IMG/VR virus record: IMGVR_UViG_3300037851_000360 | Span: 24,001 to 88,000 of that record | From: a virus | Lineage: Duplodnaviria > Caudoviricetes | Length of the DNA: 64,000 nt | Direction: 5' to 3' (one strand) | Notes under the pieces: model-generated | What the model was told of the DNA's origin: nothing | Databases searched by the model: none | Seen by the model: only the letters and a program-made list of their open reading frames with translations | Program-made: the position numbers and the translations under genes | Shown: positions 39,068-47,728 of the stretch, in pieces | Numbering within the stretch: the first letter of the stretch is position 1 | Layout of the letters: each line of letters starts with the position of its first letter

Positions 39068-39673
39068 ATGACCGAAAAATGGCTTAAACAATCCTTGTCA
39101 TCCGGGCAAAATTCCCTCAAAAGATTCGAAATGATCGCTGAGGGAAAGGGTGATCCATTTGCCAAGGAATTGTATCACAAGATCGCAACCATCGATCCAA
39201 AGTCATTTACCCAATGGGCAATCGACGGATACGGTCCCACACAAGGTCTCGAAGGTTTGTATCTCAGAATCAATGATAACATGATGTTTCGTGGTGTTGT
39301 GAAAATAACAATCAACGATCACGATCTATACGACATTGAATTCATCGCTGCTCCAAATCAAAAGACCACTGAGAAGTTTTCCGACGTTCATTTGGAAGAC
39401 ATTCCAAGAAAACTGAATCAGGTTTTAATCTCCCCTATGAAGGAAGCCGTTCTCGGGGAAGTTCCACAAACCGATCAGGCAGTTGCAGAGGTTCCACAAA
39501 TCGACCCTCGCGACGCCGCAAAACTTGCAGAGTTGGAAAAGAACACTTCTAAAATAAGTTCCGACGTTCAGAAATTGGATGCCAGAATGGCTCCACTCAT
39601 GAAGAAAAAAGCAGACCTCCAACTTCGATTGGAAAAACTTAACGCAGAAAAAGCGAGAATCAAGTCTCGTTAA
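39068..39673 (+). CDS. hypothetical head-module protein with C-terminal coiled coil
   Basis: ORF in the head operon. Confidence 0.6.
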   Translation: MTEKWLKQSLSSGQNSLKRFEMIAEGKGDPFAKELYHKIATIDPKSFTQWAIDGYGPTQGLEGLYLRINDNMMFRGVVKITINDHDLYDIEFIAAPNQKTTEKFSDVHLEDIPRKLNQVLISPMKEAVLGEVPQTDQAVAEVPQIDPRDAAKLAELEKNTSKISSDVQKLDARMAPLMKKKADLQLRLEKLNAEKARIKSR

Positions 39674-39676
39674 CCC

Positions 39677-39685
39677 ATATTTATA
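39677..39685 (+). promoter_or_regulatory. putative late promoter motif ATATTTATA
   Basis: 6 nt upstream of the ATG at 39692. Confidence 0.6.
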
Positions 39686-39691
39686 GACACC

Positions 39692-40120
39692 ATGAAACTT
39701 CGCGCACTACTCACAGAAATGGAACAACAGCAAAATCAAGACGCTGTTCGCAAAATGTCTCCTGAACAGAAGAAGACAATGATGGAAATGATTGCCAACT
39801 ACAATGAGTTTGGCAAGCAACTTCGTCGTGAAGGAAGCCTCTGTGATATCGCCAAGCGTTTGAGCGAAATTGCTGCCCACGCAGAAACCATGGCAATGAA
39901 CGAGACCGACGATTGGTTCGATAAAAAGACCGTATCCCGCAACATGGAAGGTCTCAAGAAGTCTTGTGCTGAATTCGATAAACTTGCCAAGGAAGCGCAG
40001 AGTTATCAACAGAGAATGGAAGCACTATACGAGGAAATGGGATTCACTTTGAACCGATACTTCGATATCAAAGACCCCGTGGAAACCCCTGCGGCAAAGC
40101 CAGAAGAAAAGAAAGTGTAA
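39692..40120 (+). CDS. putative prohead core protein (helical)
   Basis: MKLRALLTE start. Confidence 0.6.
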   Translation: MKLRALLTEMEQQQNQDAVRKMSPEQKKTMMEMIANYNEFGKQLRREGSLCDIAKRLSEIAAHAETMAMNETDDWFDKKTVSRNMEGLKKSCAEFDKLAKEAQSYQQRMEALYEEMGFTLNRYFDIKDPVETPAAKPEEKKV

Positions 40121-40148
40121 TTTTTTACATCTTTTCGTTTTGGTATGT

Positions 40149-40250
40149 ATATTTATTCTCAAATGCGGCAACCTTATTTGCAGCAATACGCTAATACCCT
40201 GTTATTGCTGATCTGAATATCAGTACGAGTAAATCCAAATAAGGACACAC
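40149..40250 (+). promoter_or_regulatory. late motif (40149-40157) plus structured 5' leader of the scaffold gene
   Basis: ccttatttg 40172-80 pairs with caaataagg 40236-44; cagcaata 40181-88 pairs with tattgctg 40203-10. Confidence 0.55.
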
Positions 40251-41552
40251 ATGTCAAACCTATTGAAAGAAGCAATCATCGACGCTAAGGCTGTACGTGC
40301 AACCGCACTTGCAAACGCACGCCTCGCTCTCGAAGAGGCTTTCACACCAAAACTCCAATCGATGCTTTCCGCAAAGTTGAAGCAAGAAATGGCTGATGAA
40401 ATGCCTGCTGATGAAGCACCAGTCGAAGAAGTTCCAGCAGATTTTTCTGCTGAAGCACCTGTAGCCCAAGAGCCAGCACTCCCTGTCGGCGATGAAGCTC
40501 CAGTTCCAGCAGAAGTTCCAGTATCAGCCGAAGTTCCATCCGTTGAGGATGAAGTTCCTGTTGCTGAAGACACCACTCTCGGTGCCGGAAACCCTGATCC
40601 AGTCGTTCAGACTGACGAGTTGACCGAAACCGAAAAGTCGTGGGAAGATGCAAAGGCTCCCGGCGCAGCCAAGACAGAAGACCCACAAGGTGCTTCCAAG
40701 GAACTCGCCAAGGGTCCAGGTAAGGCTGACAAGAGCCTCACAGAAACCGAGAAGGCATGGCAAGACGCCAAGGCTCCCGGTGCCGCAAAGACAGAAGACC
40801 CACAAGGTGCTTCTAATGAATTTTCCAAGGGTCCGGGCAAGGCTGATAAGACCTTGACCGAAGACGAACTTGATGAAACCAGCCTCGAATCCGTTCTCCG
40901 CGAACTCGAAGCCGAAGTCTCTGATGGAGATAAGGAAGTAGAATTCGAACTCGAAGAGGGTGAAAATCCATTCGCTAAGAAGGATAAGGAAGAGAAGAAG
41001 GAAGAGAAGAAGGAAGACAAAGAGGAGTTGGACGAAATCGTCAACCTCGATGAAGTTCTCAAGGCTCTTACCGAAGAGGCTAAGGAAGATGAGAAGGACG
41101 AAGATAAGGAAAAGGATGAACTCAAGGAACAGGTATCCAAGCTCTCGAAGCAGGTTGCCGAATACGACAGAGCATTCAAGTATCTCCGTACCCAACTCAA
41201 CGAAACCAATTTGCTCAACGCCAAGTTGCTTTACACAAACAAGCTATTTAAGGCACACGGGTTGAACAACGACCAGAAACTCAAGATTGTTGAAAGCATG
41301 GATCGCACGAAGACCGTTCGTGAAGTCAAGATCGTGTATTCGACACTCGCCGAATCGCTTAATTTCAGTGCCAAGAAAGCCGCCAATAAGGCTGCTGTCA
41401 AGACCATCACTGAAGGTTTGGCCTCAAAACCAGTTGCTTCTACGAAGCCATCCGATGCTAAGGTAGCCGAAGCTAAGAAGGTTCTCGAAGAAGGTGCTGA
41501 AATGGCAGCTCGATTCCAAAAACTTGCTGGAATCAAGAAAAAGGTTCTCTAA
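40251..41552 (+). CDS. gp22: prohead scaffold protein (gp22-like)
   Basis: Very acidic coiled coil with many LxE sites; directly upstream of the major capsid gene; ends RFQKLAGI. Confidence 0.8.
   Translation: MSNLLKEAIIDAKAVRATALANARLALEEAFTPKLQSMLSAKLKQEMADEMPADEAPVEEVPADFSAEAPVAQEPALPVGDEAPVPAEVPVSAEVPSVEDEVPVAEDTTLGAGNPDPVVQTDELTETEKSWEDAKAPGAAKTEDPQGASKELAKGPGKADKSLTETEKAWQDAKAPGAAKTEDPQGASNEFSKGPGKADKTLTEDELDETSLESVLRELEAEVSDGDKEVEFELEEGENPFAKKDKEEKKEEKKEDKEELDEIVNLDEVLKALTEEAKEDEKDEDKEKDELKEQVSKLSKQVAEYDRAFKYLRTQLNETNLLNAKLLYTNKLFKAHGLNNDQKLKIVESMDRTKTVREVKIVYSTLAESLNFSAKKAANKAAVKTITEGLASKPVASTKPSDAKVAEAKKVLEEGAEMAARFQKLAGIKKKVL
40620..40853 (+). repeat. two tandem 39-aa repeats in the scaffold
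   Basis: LTETEKSWEDAKAPGAAKTEDPQGASKELAKGPGKADKS / LTETEKAWQDAKAPGAAKTEDPQGASNEFSKGPGKADKT. Confidence 0.9.
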
Positions 41553-41604
41553 GAGAATCGCCTATAACCAAACCAACGCAAGTTGCTAAAATAGAAAAAA
41601 CTAT

Positions 41605-43221
41605 ATGGAAAACGTAAAGTCACTACTCACAGACACGTTCAACCCACAGGCAAAGTTGATGGCTGAAACCCGCAACCTCGTCAACAAGTGGTCAAAGACG
41701 GGTCTCCTCGAAGGTATCGATGCTGATGTTGAGAAATCACACATGGCGATCCTTCTCGAAAACCAAGCAAAGCAGTTGATCGAAGAAGCTACCCGCACCG
41801 GTACCTCCGCTAACTCCGAACAGTGGGCAGGCGTTGCTCTCCCACTCGTCCGTCGTGTGTTCGCAGAAATCGCTGCTAAGGAGTTCGTCTCCGTTCAGCC
41901 AATGAACCTCCCATCCGGTCTCGTATTCTATCTTGACTTCAAGTATGGTACGGATCAGGCAGGTAAGCCAGCATTCAACGGTGCCTCGCTCTTCGGTGGT
42001 AACTCCATCAAGCTCGGCTCGACGGATGCTCCAGTAAACGGTATGTATGGTCAGGGTCGCTTCGGCTACACCATCAATGACCAGACAACCATGAGCGCAA
42101 TCGTATCGCAAGTTTCTTCGTCATTCCGTGACATTAACTTCGTAGACGAACTCTCCGCTTCGATGGCTGCTGGTACCATCCACACCGTCGCTGTCAACAT
42201 GGCAGGCACAAGCTTCGACACACTCGGAGCCCGCGCCTTCACCATCTCCGGTTCCGGAATCACCGACTTCTACCCAGCCTTCACAAAGGTATCGGGTTCA
42301 GCAGTTGTGTTCGTCGTTGAGGCAGCAACCGGCCCTGTGGCATCTCCTGTTCGCGTTGACTTCCACGTTCAGCCAACCCCTGAATCCCGTGGCGACTTCG
42401 AAGACAAGGGACCTCTCGCAGGACCAGCAGGTAACGACAGCGGTCTTAACAAAGACGTTGGAATTCCTGAAGTCAACCTTGAATTGAAGTCTGAAGCAAT
42501 CGTTGCCAAGACCCGCAAGCTCAAGGCAGTCTGGACTCCAGAACTCGCTCAGGACTTGAACGCTTACCACTCGATTGACGCAGAAGCAGAGCTAACCGCT
42601 CTCCTCTCTGAGTACGTATCGATGGAAATCGACCTCGAAATCCTCGACATGTTGATCACTTCTGCTCCTGCAATCACGACCGAATTCTGGTCGGCTCGCA
42701 TCGGTGCCGAATACGACCGTAACCTCTCGCAGTTCGTTGATACGGCTACAAACCGTACGGCTTACGTCAAGAGCACATGGTTCCAGACTCTTGGTAACAA
42801 GATTCAGAAGGTATCGAACAAGATTCACCAGTTGACACTCCGTGGAGGTGCAAACTTCCTCGTCTGCTCACCTGACGTTGCCACAATCATCGAATCCATC
42901 CCCGGTTTCACGACCAACACGGACGGTGATCAGGCTAAGTTCGCAATGGGTGTAGCCAAGGTCGGCGCTCTCGCCAACCGTTGGACCGTCTATAAGAACC
43001 CATACATGACCGACAACGTAATGCTCGTTGGTTTCCGTGGAAACAACTTCCTCGAAACCGGCGCAGTCTACGCTCCGTACATCCCACTCATCCAGACCCC
43101 ATTGGTCTACGATCCAGTTAACTTCACACCACGTCGCGGAGTAATGACCCGTTACGCCAAGAAGTTGGTTCGCCCTGAGTTCTACGGTAAGATCATCATC
43201 GGAAATCTCGATCAGGTTTAA
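41605..43221 (+). CDS. gp23: major capsid protein (T4 gp23-like)
   Basis: VSVQPMNLPSGLVFYLDFKY, KTRKLKAVWTPELAQDLNAYHSIDAEAELT, YAPYIPL, RGVMTRYA. Confidence 0.98.
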   Translation: MENVKSLLTDTFNPQAKLMAETRNLVNKWSKTGLLEGIDADVEKSHMAILLENQAKQLIEEATRTGTSANSEQWAGVALPLVRRVFAEIAAKEFVSVQPMNLPSGLVFYLDFKYGTDQAGKPAFNGASLFGGNSIKLGSTDAPVNGMYGQGRFGYTINDQTTMSAIVSQVSSSFRDINFVDELSASMAAGTIHTVAVNMAGTSFDTLGARAFTISGSGITDFYPAFTKVSGSAVVFVVEAATGPVASPVRVDFHVQPTPESRGDFEDKGPLAGPAGNDSGLNKDVGIPEVNLELKSEAIVAKTRKLKAVWTPELAQDLNAYHSIDAEAELTALLSEYVSMEIDLEILDMLITSAPAITTEFWSARIGAEYDRNLSQFVDTATNRTAYVKSTWFQTLGNKIQKVSNKIHQLTLRGGANFLVCSPDVATIIESIPGFTTNTDGDQAKFAMGVAKVGALANRWTVYKNPYMTDNVMLVGFRGNNFLETGAVYAPYIPLIQTPLVYDPVNFTPRRGVMTRYAKKLVRPEFYGKIIIGNLDQV

Positions 43222-43247
43222 TCCCCTGACTCAGATTTGAATCCTTG

Positions 43248-43281
43248 AAAAAGGGAGTGGAGAAATCCACTCCCTTTTTTT
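43248..43281 (+). terminator. intrinsic terminator after the capsid gene (possibly bidirectional)
   Basis: Stem aaaaagggagtgga/tccactcccttttt with GAAA loop and U-tract. Confidence 0.9.
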
Positions 43282-43325
43282 ATACTTTGATTAAATAAAG
43301 GGGATGTGTGCCATACTTATTTTAC

Positions 43326-43715
43326 ATGGCAAAGAAATCAACACCCCTCGCAGTAAGATTAGCCCGATGGACTGCAATCGGTACCATCTTGACATTGTTG
43401 GGCACAACGTTCCAATCCGTCTGGACCGTGCGCCCTTGGTGGGCACAGCCCACGCCAATAGTTCAAACAGTTGATGCACCTGTCGCTCCAGCCGTCGAAA
43501 CGCCAAAGGAAGAGGAAAAGTCTTCCGTAGAAAAACTCCAAGAGAAACTTCTTGAAGGCATCAAAGAAGCCGCTGCCGAAGCCGCTGCCGATGCATTGTC
43601 GGACGAAAAGGAAACGATCCTCAACGTTCCAAAGAAATGGGTTTACGGCGGAATTATTTTAGCAGTTCTCGGATACTTCGGAATCGAAATTCGCCACCGT
43701 TTCCGCAAAGACTAA
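43326..43715 (+). CDS. two-TM membrane protein
   Basis: Hydrophobic segments at both ends; start re-assigned to MAKKS downstream of ATACTTATT (43313-43321). Confidence 0.6.
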   Translation: MAKKSTPLAVRLARWTAIGTILTLLGTTFQSVWTVRPWWAQPTPIVQTVDAPVAPAVETPKEEEKSSVEKLQEKLLEGIKEAAAEAAADALSDEKETILNVPKKWVYGGIILAVLGYFGIEIRHRFRKD

Positions 43716-43758
43716 TTCGTTCTTTACGGAATTGGTGTCAGAGCCTTCCCCGAGATAG

Positions 43759-44268
43759 TTAAATTGGCCCGTAGGTCTGAATGAACTCCGGTCTGCCAAT
43801 ACGATAGACCTCATCCTTACCCGGCAGCGGCGTGCAAATCAGGTCGCCGTCGAAGAGAACCATCGGCTCACCCCAATTTGCGATGAATTTCAGCGGATCG
43901 CCACTGTAAACTCTGGCGATAACGGAGCCGATTGCCTGATACTCTCGCCACACGTATTCCTTACCATCGATGGAAATCGTCTTTCTGGCAGGAATGTAAT
44001 CAAGTAGCATGTAACGCTTTGCGAACTTTTCGGCGGAAATGAGATAGTGCTCCTTCGGAACAGTATTATTCTCAATGAGATAGTCACCCTTCTTGGCGAC
44101 ATTCTCAGTCTCCTTTCCCGATGTGGTGACGGTTACTACCCGCTCACCCTCAACGGCTTCACGAGCCCAAACCGTCGTCTTCTTCGTGTACGTCTTTCCG
44201 ATTGAAAGAATGTGCGGAAGAAAGGCTTCGATTGCTTCTGCCTGTGTCATGATTTCTGGAGTTTCCAT
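43759..44268 (-). CDS. hypothetical protein (PGDYG-like repeats)
   Basis: AKKGDYLI...EHYLISAEKFAKRY and DGDLIC...EVYRIGRPEFIQTY internal repeat. Confidence 0.55.
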   Translation of the reverse strand: METPEIMTQAEAIEAFLPHILSIGKTYTKKTTVWAREAVEGERVVTVTTSGKETENVAKKGDYLIENNTVPKEHYLISAEKFAKRYMLLDYIPARKTISIDGKEYVWREYQAIGSVIARVYSGDPLKFIANWGEPMVLFDGDLICTPLPGKDEVYRIGRPEFIQTYGPI

Positions 44269-44342
44269 GGCACCAGTTCAAAATAAACCCCCTCCCATGT
44301 CAAGCATAATCGAAGTATTTATGCAAAACGATTGGCTCGCGG

Positions 44343-44351
44343 ATATTTATG
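44343..44351 (+). promoter_or_regulatory. putative late promoter motif ATATTTATG
   Basis: Upstream of the ATG at 44361. Confidence 0.55.
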
Positions 44352-44360
44352 TAATACGCC

Positions 44361-45548
44361 ATGAAAGTACAAGCACTCAAGTCGATTATCAAAGAAATCA
44401 TCCGTGAAGAAGTGGATGGAATTCTCCGCGAAACATCCGCTCCCGGTCTAACATTTGTTCCTCTCGAAGACTCTCCGGACATAGGAAGCATTCAAGAATC
44501 TGACGTTAAGGATATTGGAGCGCGTGCGCGAACCATCCCCGACGAAGAGATGAAGAACTACATGGGTCGTGTGGCAGCGGGTGCAAAGACAAAGAAGGAT
44601 CGCTACGACTATCCATACATTCACCGCTCAAACATCGAAACTGTTGATGTGACAGACGATTCTGGCAATCCACAAAAGACAATCGACATTGAAGCATTTA
44701 AGCGATTGGTAGCAAAGCGCCCACCAACACTCCTCAAGCAAAACGCCAAACTCGCAAAAACTGGTGGCGAAACACTTTCATTCTTCAATACAAGCCTTCC
44801 GGCTTTGAAGGGTCTTATCATCAACGAAAAGACAAACGAATTCATGGTTGTCGATACATGTCCATCAGCAGGTTTGTGCAAGACTTTCTGCTACGCAAAG
44901 AAGGGTGGATACGTTCAATGGAAGGCATCATCTCTGAACCAGACTCGCATTCTGAACTTCCTCTTCAATGATTGGGAAGGTTACCGTGATCAGATGATTC
45001 GTGAATTGAATCAGGCTGCAAGCCGAGAAGGAAAGAAAGACAAGAAGACCGTTCTTCGCTGGAACGATTCCGGTGACATGCTTTCCGACAAGTATTTCGA
45101 AATCGTCATGGATATCGCCCGTGCAACTCCCCAAGTTCACCACTACGTTTACACCAAGGAAGTGGCAAAGGCAAAGGCTTATCCAAACAAGCCAGACAAT
45201 TTCATCTTCAACTTCTCACACGGAGCAATCCCAACACAGGACAAACTCATCGATACCGAGAAGGATAAAATGTCGGTTGTAGTTCCACAAGCCTTGGTCA
45301 AGGATTTCATCCACAAGGATAAGGAAAGTGGAAAGTGGGTCTACAACAGCGAAGAAGACGTAAAGAAGATCAAGCAGCGCCTCGCCGCAAAATACAACGT
45401 TGATGTTAAGACCGTTTTGACGGGTGAAGAACTCGTTGATACACCGAAGGGTCAGAAGGGTCAATACAACGTAATCGTTCTTCCAGACGGCACCGACTAT
45501 TCAGCAAGCCGCGATGACGTTCGTGGAACGTTCCTCATCTTCCACTAA
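44361..45548 (+). CDS. Gp88-like Cys-motif protein with CTS-like N-terminus
   Basis: SLPA...TCPSAGLCKTFCYAKKG and LRWNDSGD; MKVQALKSIIKEIIREE start. Confidence 0.6.
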   Translation: MKVQALKSIIKEIIREEVDGILRETSAPGLTFVPLEDSPDIGSIQESDVKDIGARARTIPDEEMKNYMGRVAAGAKTKKDRYDYPYIHRSNIETVDVTDDSGNPQKTIDIEAFKRLVAKRPPTLLKQNAKLAKTGGETLSFFNTSLPALKGLIINEKTNEFMVVDTCPSAGLCKTFCYAKKGGYVQWKASSLNQTRILNFLFNDWEGYRDQMIRELNQAASREGKKDKKTVLRWNDSGDMLSDKYFEIVMDIARATPQVHHYVYTKEVAKAKAYPNKPDNFIFNFSHGAIPTQDKLIDTEKDKMSVVVPQALVKDFIHKDKESGKWVYNSEEDVKKIKQRLAAKYNVDVKTVLTGEELVDTPKGQKGQYNVIVLPDGTDYSASRDDVRGTFLIFH

Positions 45549-45560
45549 TAGGAATCTATC

Positions 45561-46760
45561 ATGCCAGACTTTGACGATACAAACAGACAGGATAAGGTAA
45601 GATGGCCGGGAAGCGGTTCTGCTATCACCACAGGTAGCACGCCTTGGGGTTATTTTGAATCCGATCCTGACTTCATCACGGATGCTCCAAAGGCTGCTAT
45701 GTGGGCAGCGGAGCGTCTTGGATATCCAATCGTCGATGTTGAAATGATCGATATCAACTTCTACGCCTGCTACGAGGAAGCAATTCTCGAATACGGCGCA
45801 CAAGTCAATCAATTCAACATCCGCAACAACATGTTGCTCCTTCAGGGTCAACCGACCACATCCGACTTTACACAGAGAAATGTTCAAGGTATGGGCATTC
45901 CTCAGTTGGTATTCTTGAGTGCGGGATATGGAACCGAGGTAGGCGTTGGCGGGTTTGTTGATTGGAAGCACGCCAGTTTCGAAGTTTCCGCAAGTAGACA
46001 GGAATATGACCTTCAGGAAATCATCGGGGATTTGAGAGAAAGCGGTTCCAGAATTGAAATTCGTCGCGTATTCCACGATATCTGGCCGGCATTTGCTCGC
46101 ATCTACGATCCATTCTCTATGACCGGAATGAGTTACAGCAACATTCTCAACGAAATGGGATTTGCTGGTTATTCTCCTGCCACACAGTTCTTGATGACTC
46201 CGATCTTCGAAGACTTGCTCCGTGGTCAAGCAATTGAATTCAACGACCTCGTTCGTAAGTCTGCATGGTCGTTCCAAATCATCAATAACAAACTTCGAAT
46301 CTTCCCTGTTCCTACGATCAACTATACGTGCTGGATTGATTACTCTTTGACCAATGATAGCACCGGAAGTTTGATCTACCCACCACCCCAAAGTGGATCG
46401 GTTTCGAACAGCGAAGTGTCAGACCAAAGTAATGCTCCATACAGCATCATTCCTTATCAGAACATCCGAGAAGTTGGTAGACAGTGGATTCGCAAGTATT
46501 TCTTGGCTTTGTGTAAGGAACTCCTCGGAGCAATTCGCCAGAAGTATCAGACCATTCCAGTTCCGGGCGCAGAAGTGACGCTCGACGGTGGAGAACTTCG
46601 TCAGGAAGCACAGACCGAAAAGGATGCATTGATTACTCAATTGCGTGAGAACCTTGAAGCATCTGGTCGCAAGGCTCAGATGGAAAACAAGGCACAGGAA
46701 GCGGAACAACTTCGCGACCAGTTAAGCAAAATCCCCCTTCCCATCTACATTGGAGAATAA
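45561..46760 (+). CDS. gp13: neck protein (T4 gp13-like)
   Basis: RLGYPIVDVEM...EEAILEY, WIRKYFLALCKELLGAIRQKY, VTLDGGEL. Confidence 0.8.
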   Translation: MPDFDDTNRQDKVRWPGSGSAITTGSTPWGYFESDPDFITDAPKAAMWAAERLGYPIVDVEMIDINFYACYEEAILEYGAQVNQFNIRNNMLLLQGQPTTSDFTQRNVQGMGIPQLVFLSAGYGTEVGVGGFVDWKHASFEVSASRQEYDLQEIIGDLRESGSRIEIRRVFHDIWPAFARIYDPFSMTGMSYSNILNEMGFAGYSPATQFLMTPIFEDLLRGQAIEFNDLVRKSAWSFQIINNKLRIFPVPTINYTCWIDYSLTNDSTGSLIYPPPQSGSVSNSEVSDQSNAPYSIIPYQNIREVGRQWIRKYFLALCKELLGAIRQKYQTIPVPGAEVTLDGGELRQEAQTEKDALITQLRENLEASGRKAQMENKAQEAEQLRDQLSKIPLPIYIGE

Positions 46761-46790
46761 TCCCTCTACCCATTTACATAGCAATTTTTC

Positions 46791-46818
46791 TTGACAATCA
46801 CATACTTATGAATATAAA
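46791..46818 (+). promoter_or_regulatory. sigma70-like promoter TTGACA-N16-TATAAA
   Basis: Ends 8 nt before the ATG at 46827. Confidence 0.5.
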
Positions 46819-46826
46819 GTATTGTC

Positions 46827-47702
46827 ATGAAACCTCAACAAGTTATTTGCCCATTCTGTCAAAAGCCATTTGACTCATATCTATCCATTCGCCATCTACG
46901 GAAACATAGCATCTCCTCAATGGAGGAATTCTTCAAGTTGTATCCGGGATACGAAATCTCCACACAAAAATGGGAAGACACAAAGAAGAAGGTATCGGAG
47001 AAACATAAACTCCGTTTGGAGAACCCCGATGAGAGAAAGAAAATTTCCGACGCCACCAAAGTCGGAATGGCAGACCCATCGGTGAAAGAAAAGCATATGG
47101 CGTCTGTAAAACGCCGCTCGGATAATCCCGACGAATGGAAGCGTAAATTGTCGGATGCAACCAAGCGTCAGTTTGCCAACATGACCGATGAAGAGAAGAA
47201 GGTATTCTATTCCGACGAACGCAACGAGAAGATTCGTCAAAAGAAACTTGAGTATTGGGAAGCCCATCCGGAGGAAAAAGCCCGTGTAGCAGAAACGTGG
47301 AAGAAGGTAAGAGATAAAAACCCGGAAAAATGGAAAAAGCACTTGCTATCCATAAGTCAATCCGGGTTTGAAGCAGCGTGGGGAAAGAAAAATACAGAAT
47401 TGGAAGTAAAATATTACGAAATGCTGGAATCCCTGTGTATCAAGTTTGAGAGACAGAAGGAAGTAGGAGGGAAGATTTTTGACGCATACCTTCCGGAACA
47501 CAACCTGTTGTTGGAATTTGACGGAGATTTCTGGCACCCGCCTTCCATCGATGAATGTCAATATGACTGGCAAGTTTCCAATTTCTACAATGACCGCATC
47601 AAAGACAACATCGCCAAGACGAACGAGATGCGTCTAATCCGAGTTCGGGAGAGTGAGCCGTTGACCAAGGAACAACTTTCCGGGCTGGTATCTGGTTGTT
47701 AA
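46827..47702 (+). CDS. putative free-standing homing endonuclease (Zn finger, NUMOD-like repeats, PD-(D/E)xK DUF559/Vsr-like domain)
   Basis: CPFC..HLRKH, repeated KKxSxxxK helices, FDAYLPEHNLLLEFDGDFWH. Confidence 0.7.
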   Translation: MKPQQVICPFCQKPFDSYLSIRHLRKHSISSMEEFFKLYPGYEISTQKWEDTKKKVSEKHKLRLENPDERKKISDATKVGMADPSVKEKHMASVKRRSDNPDEWKRKLSDATKRQFANMTDEEKKVFYSDERNEKIRQKKLEYWEAHPEEKARVAETWKKVRDKNPEKWKKHLLSISQSGFEAAWGKKNTELEVKYYEMLESLCIKFERQKEVGGKIFDAYLPEHNLLLEFDGDFWHPPSIDECQYDWQVSNFYNDRIKDNIAKTNEMRLIRVRESEPLTKEQLSGLVSGC

Positions 47703-47728
47703 TAAAACTCGCCAATACTTATTGAGAT

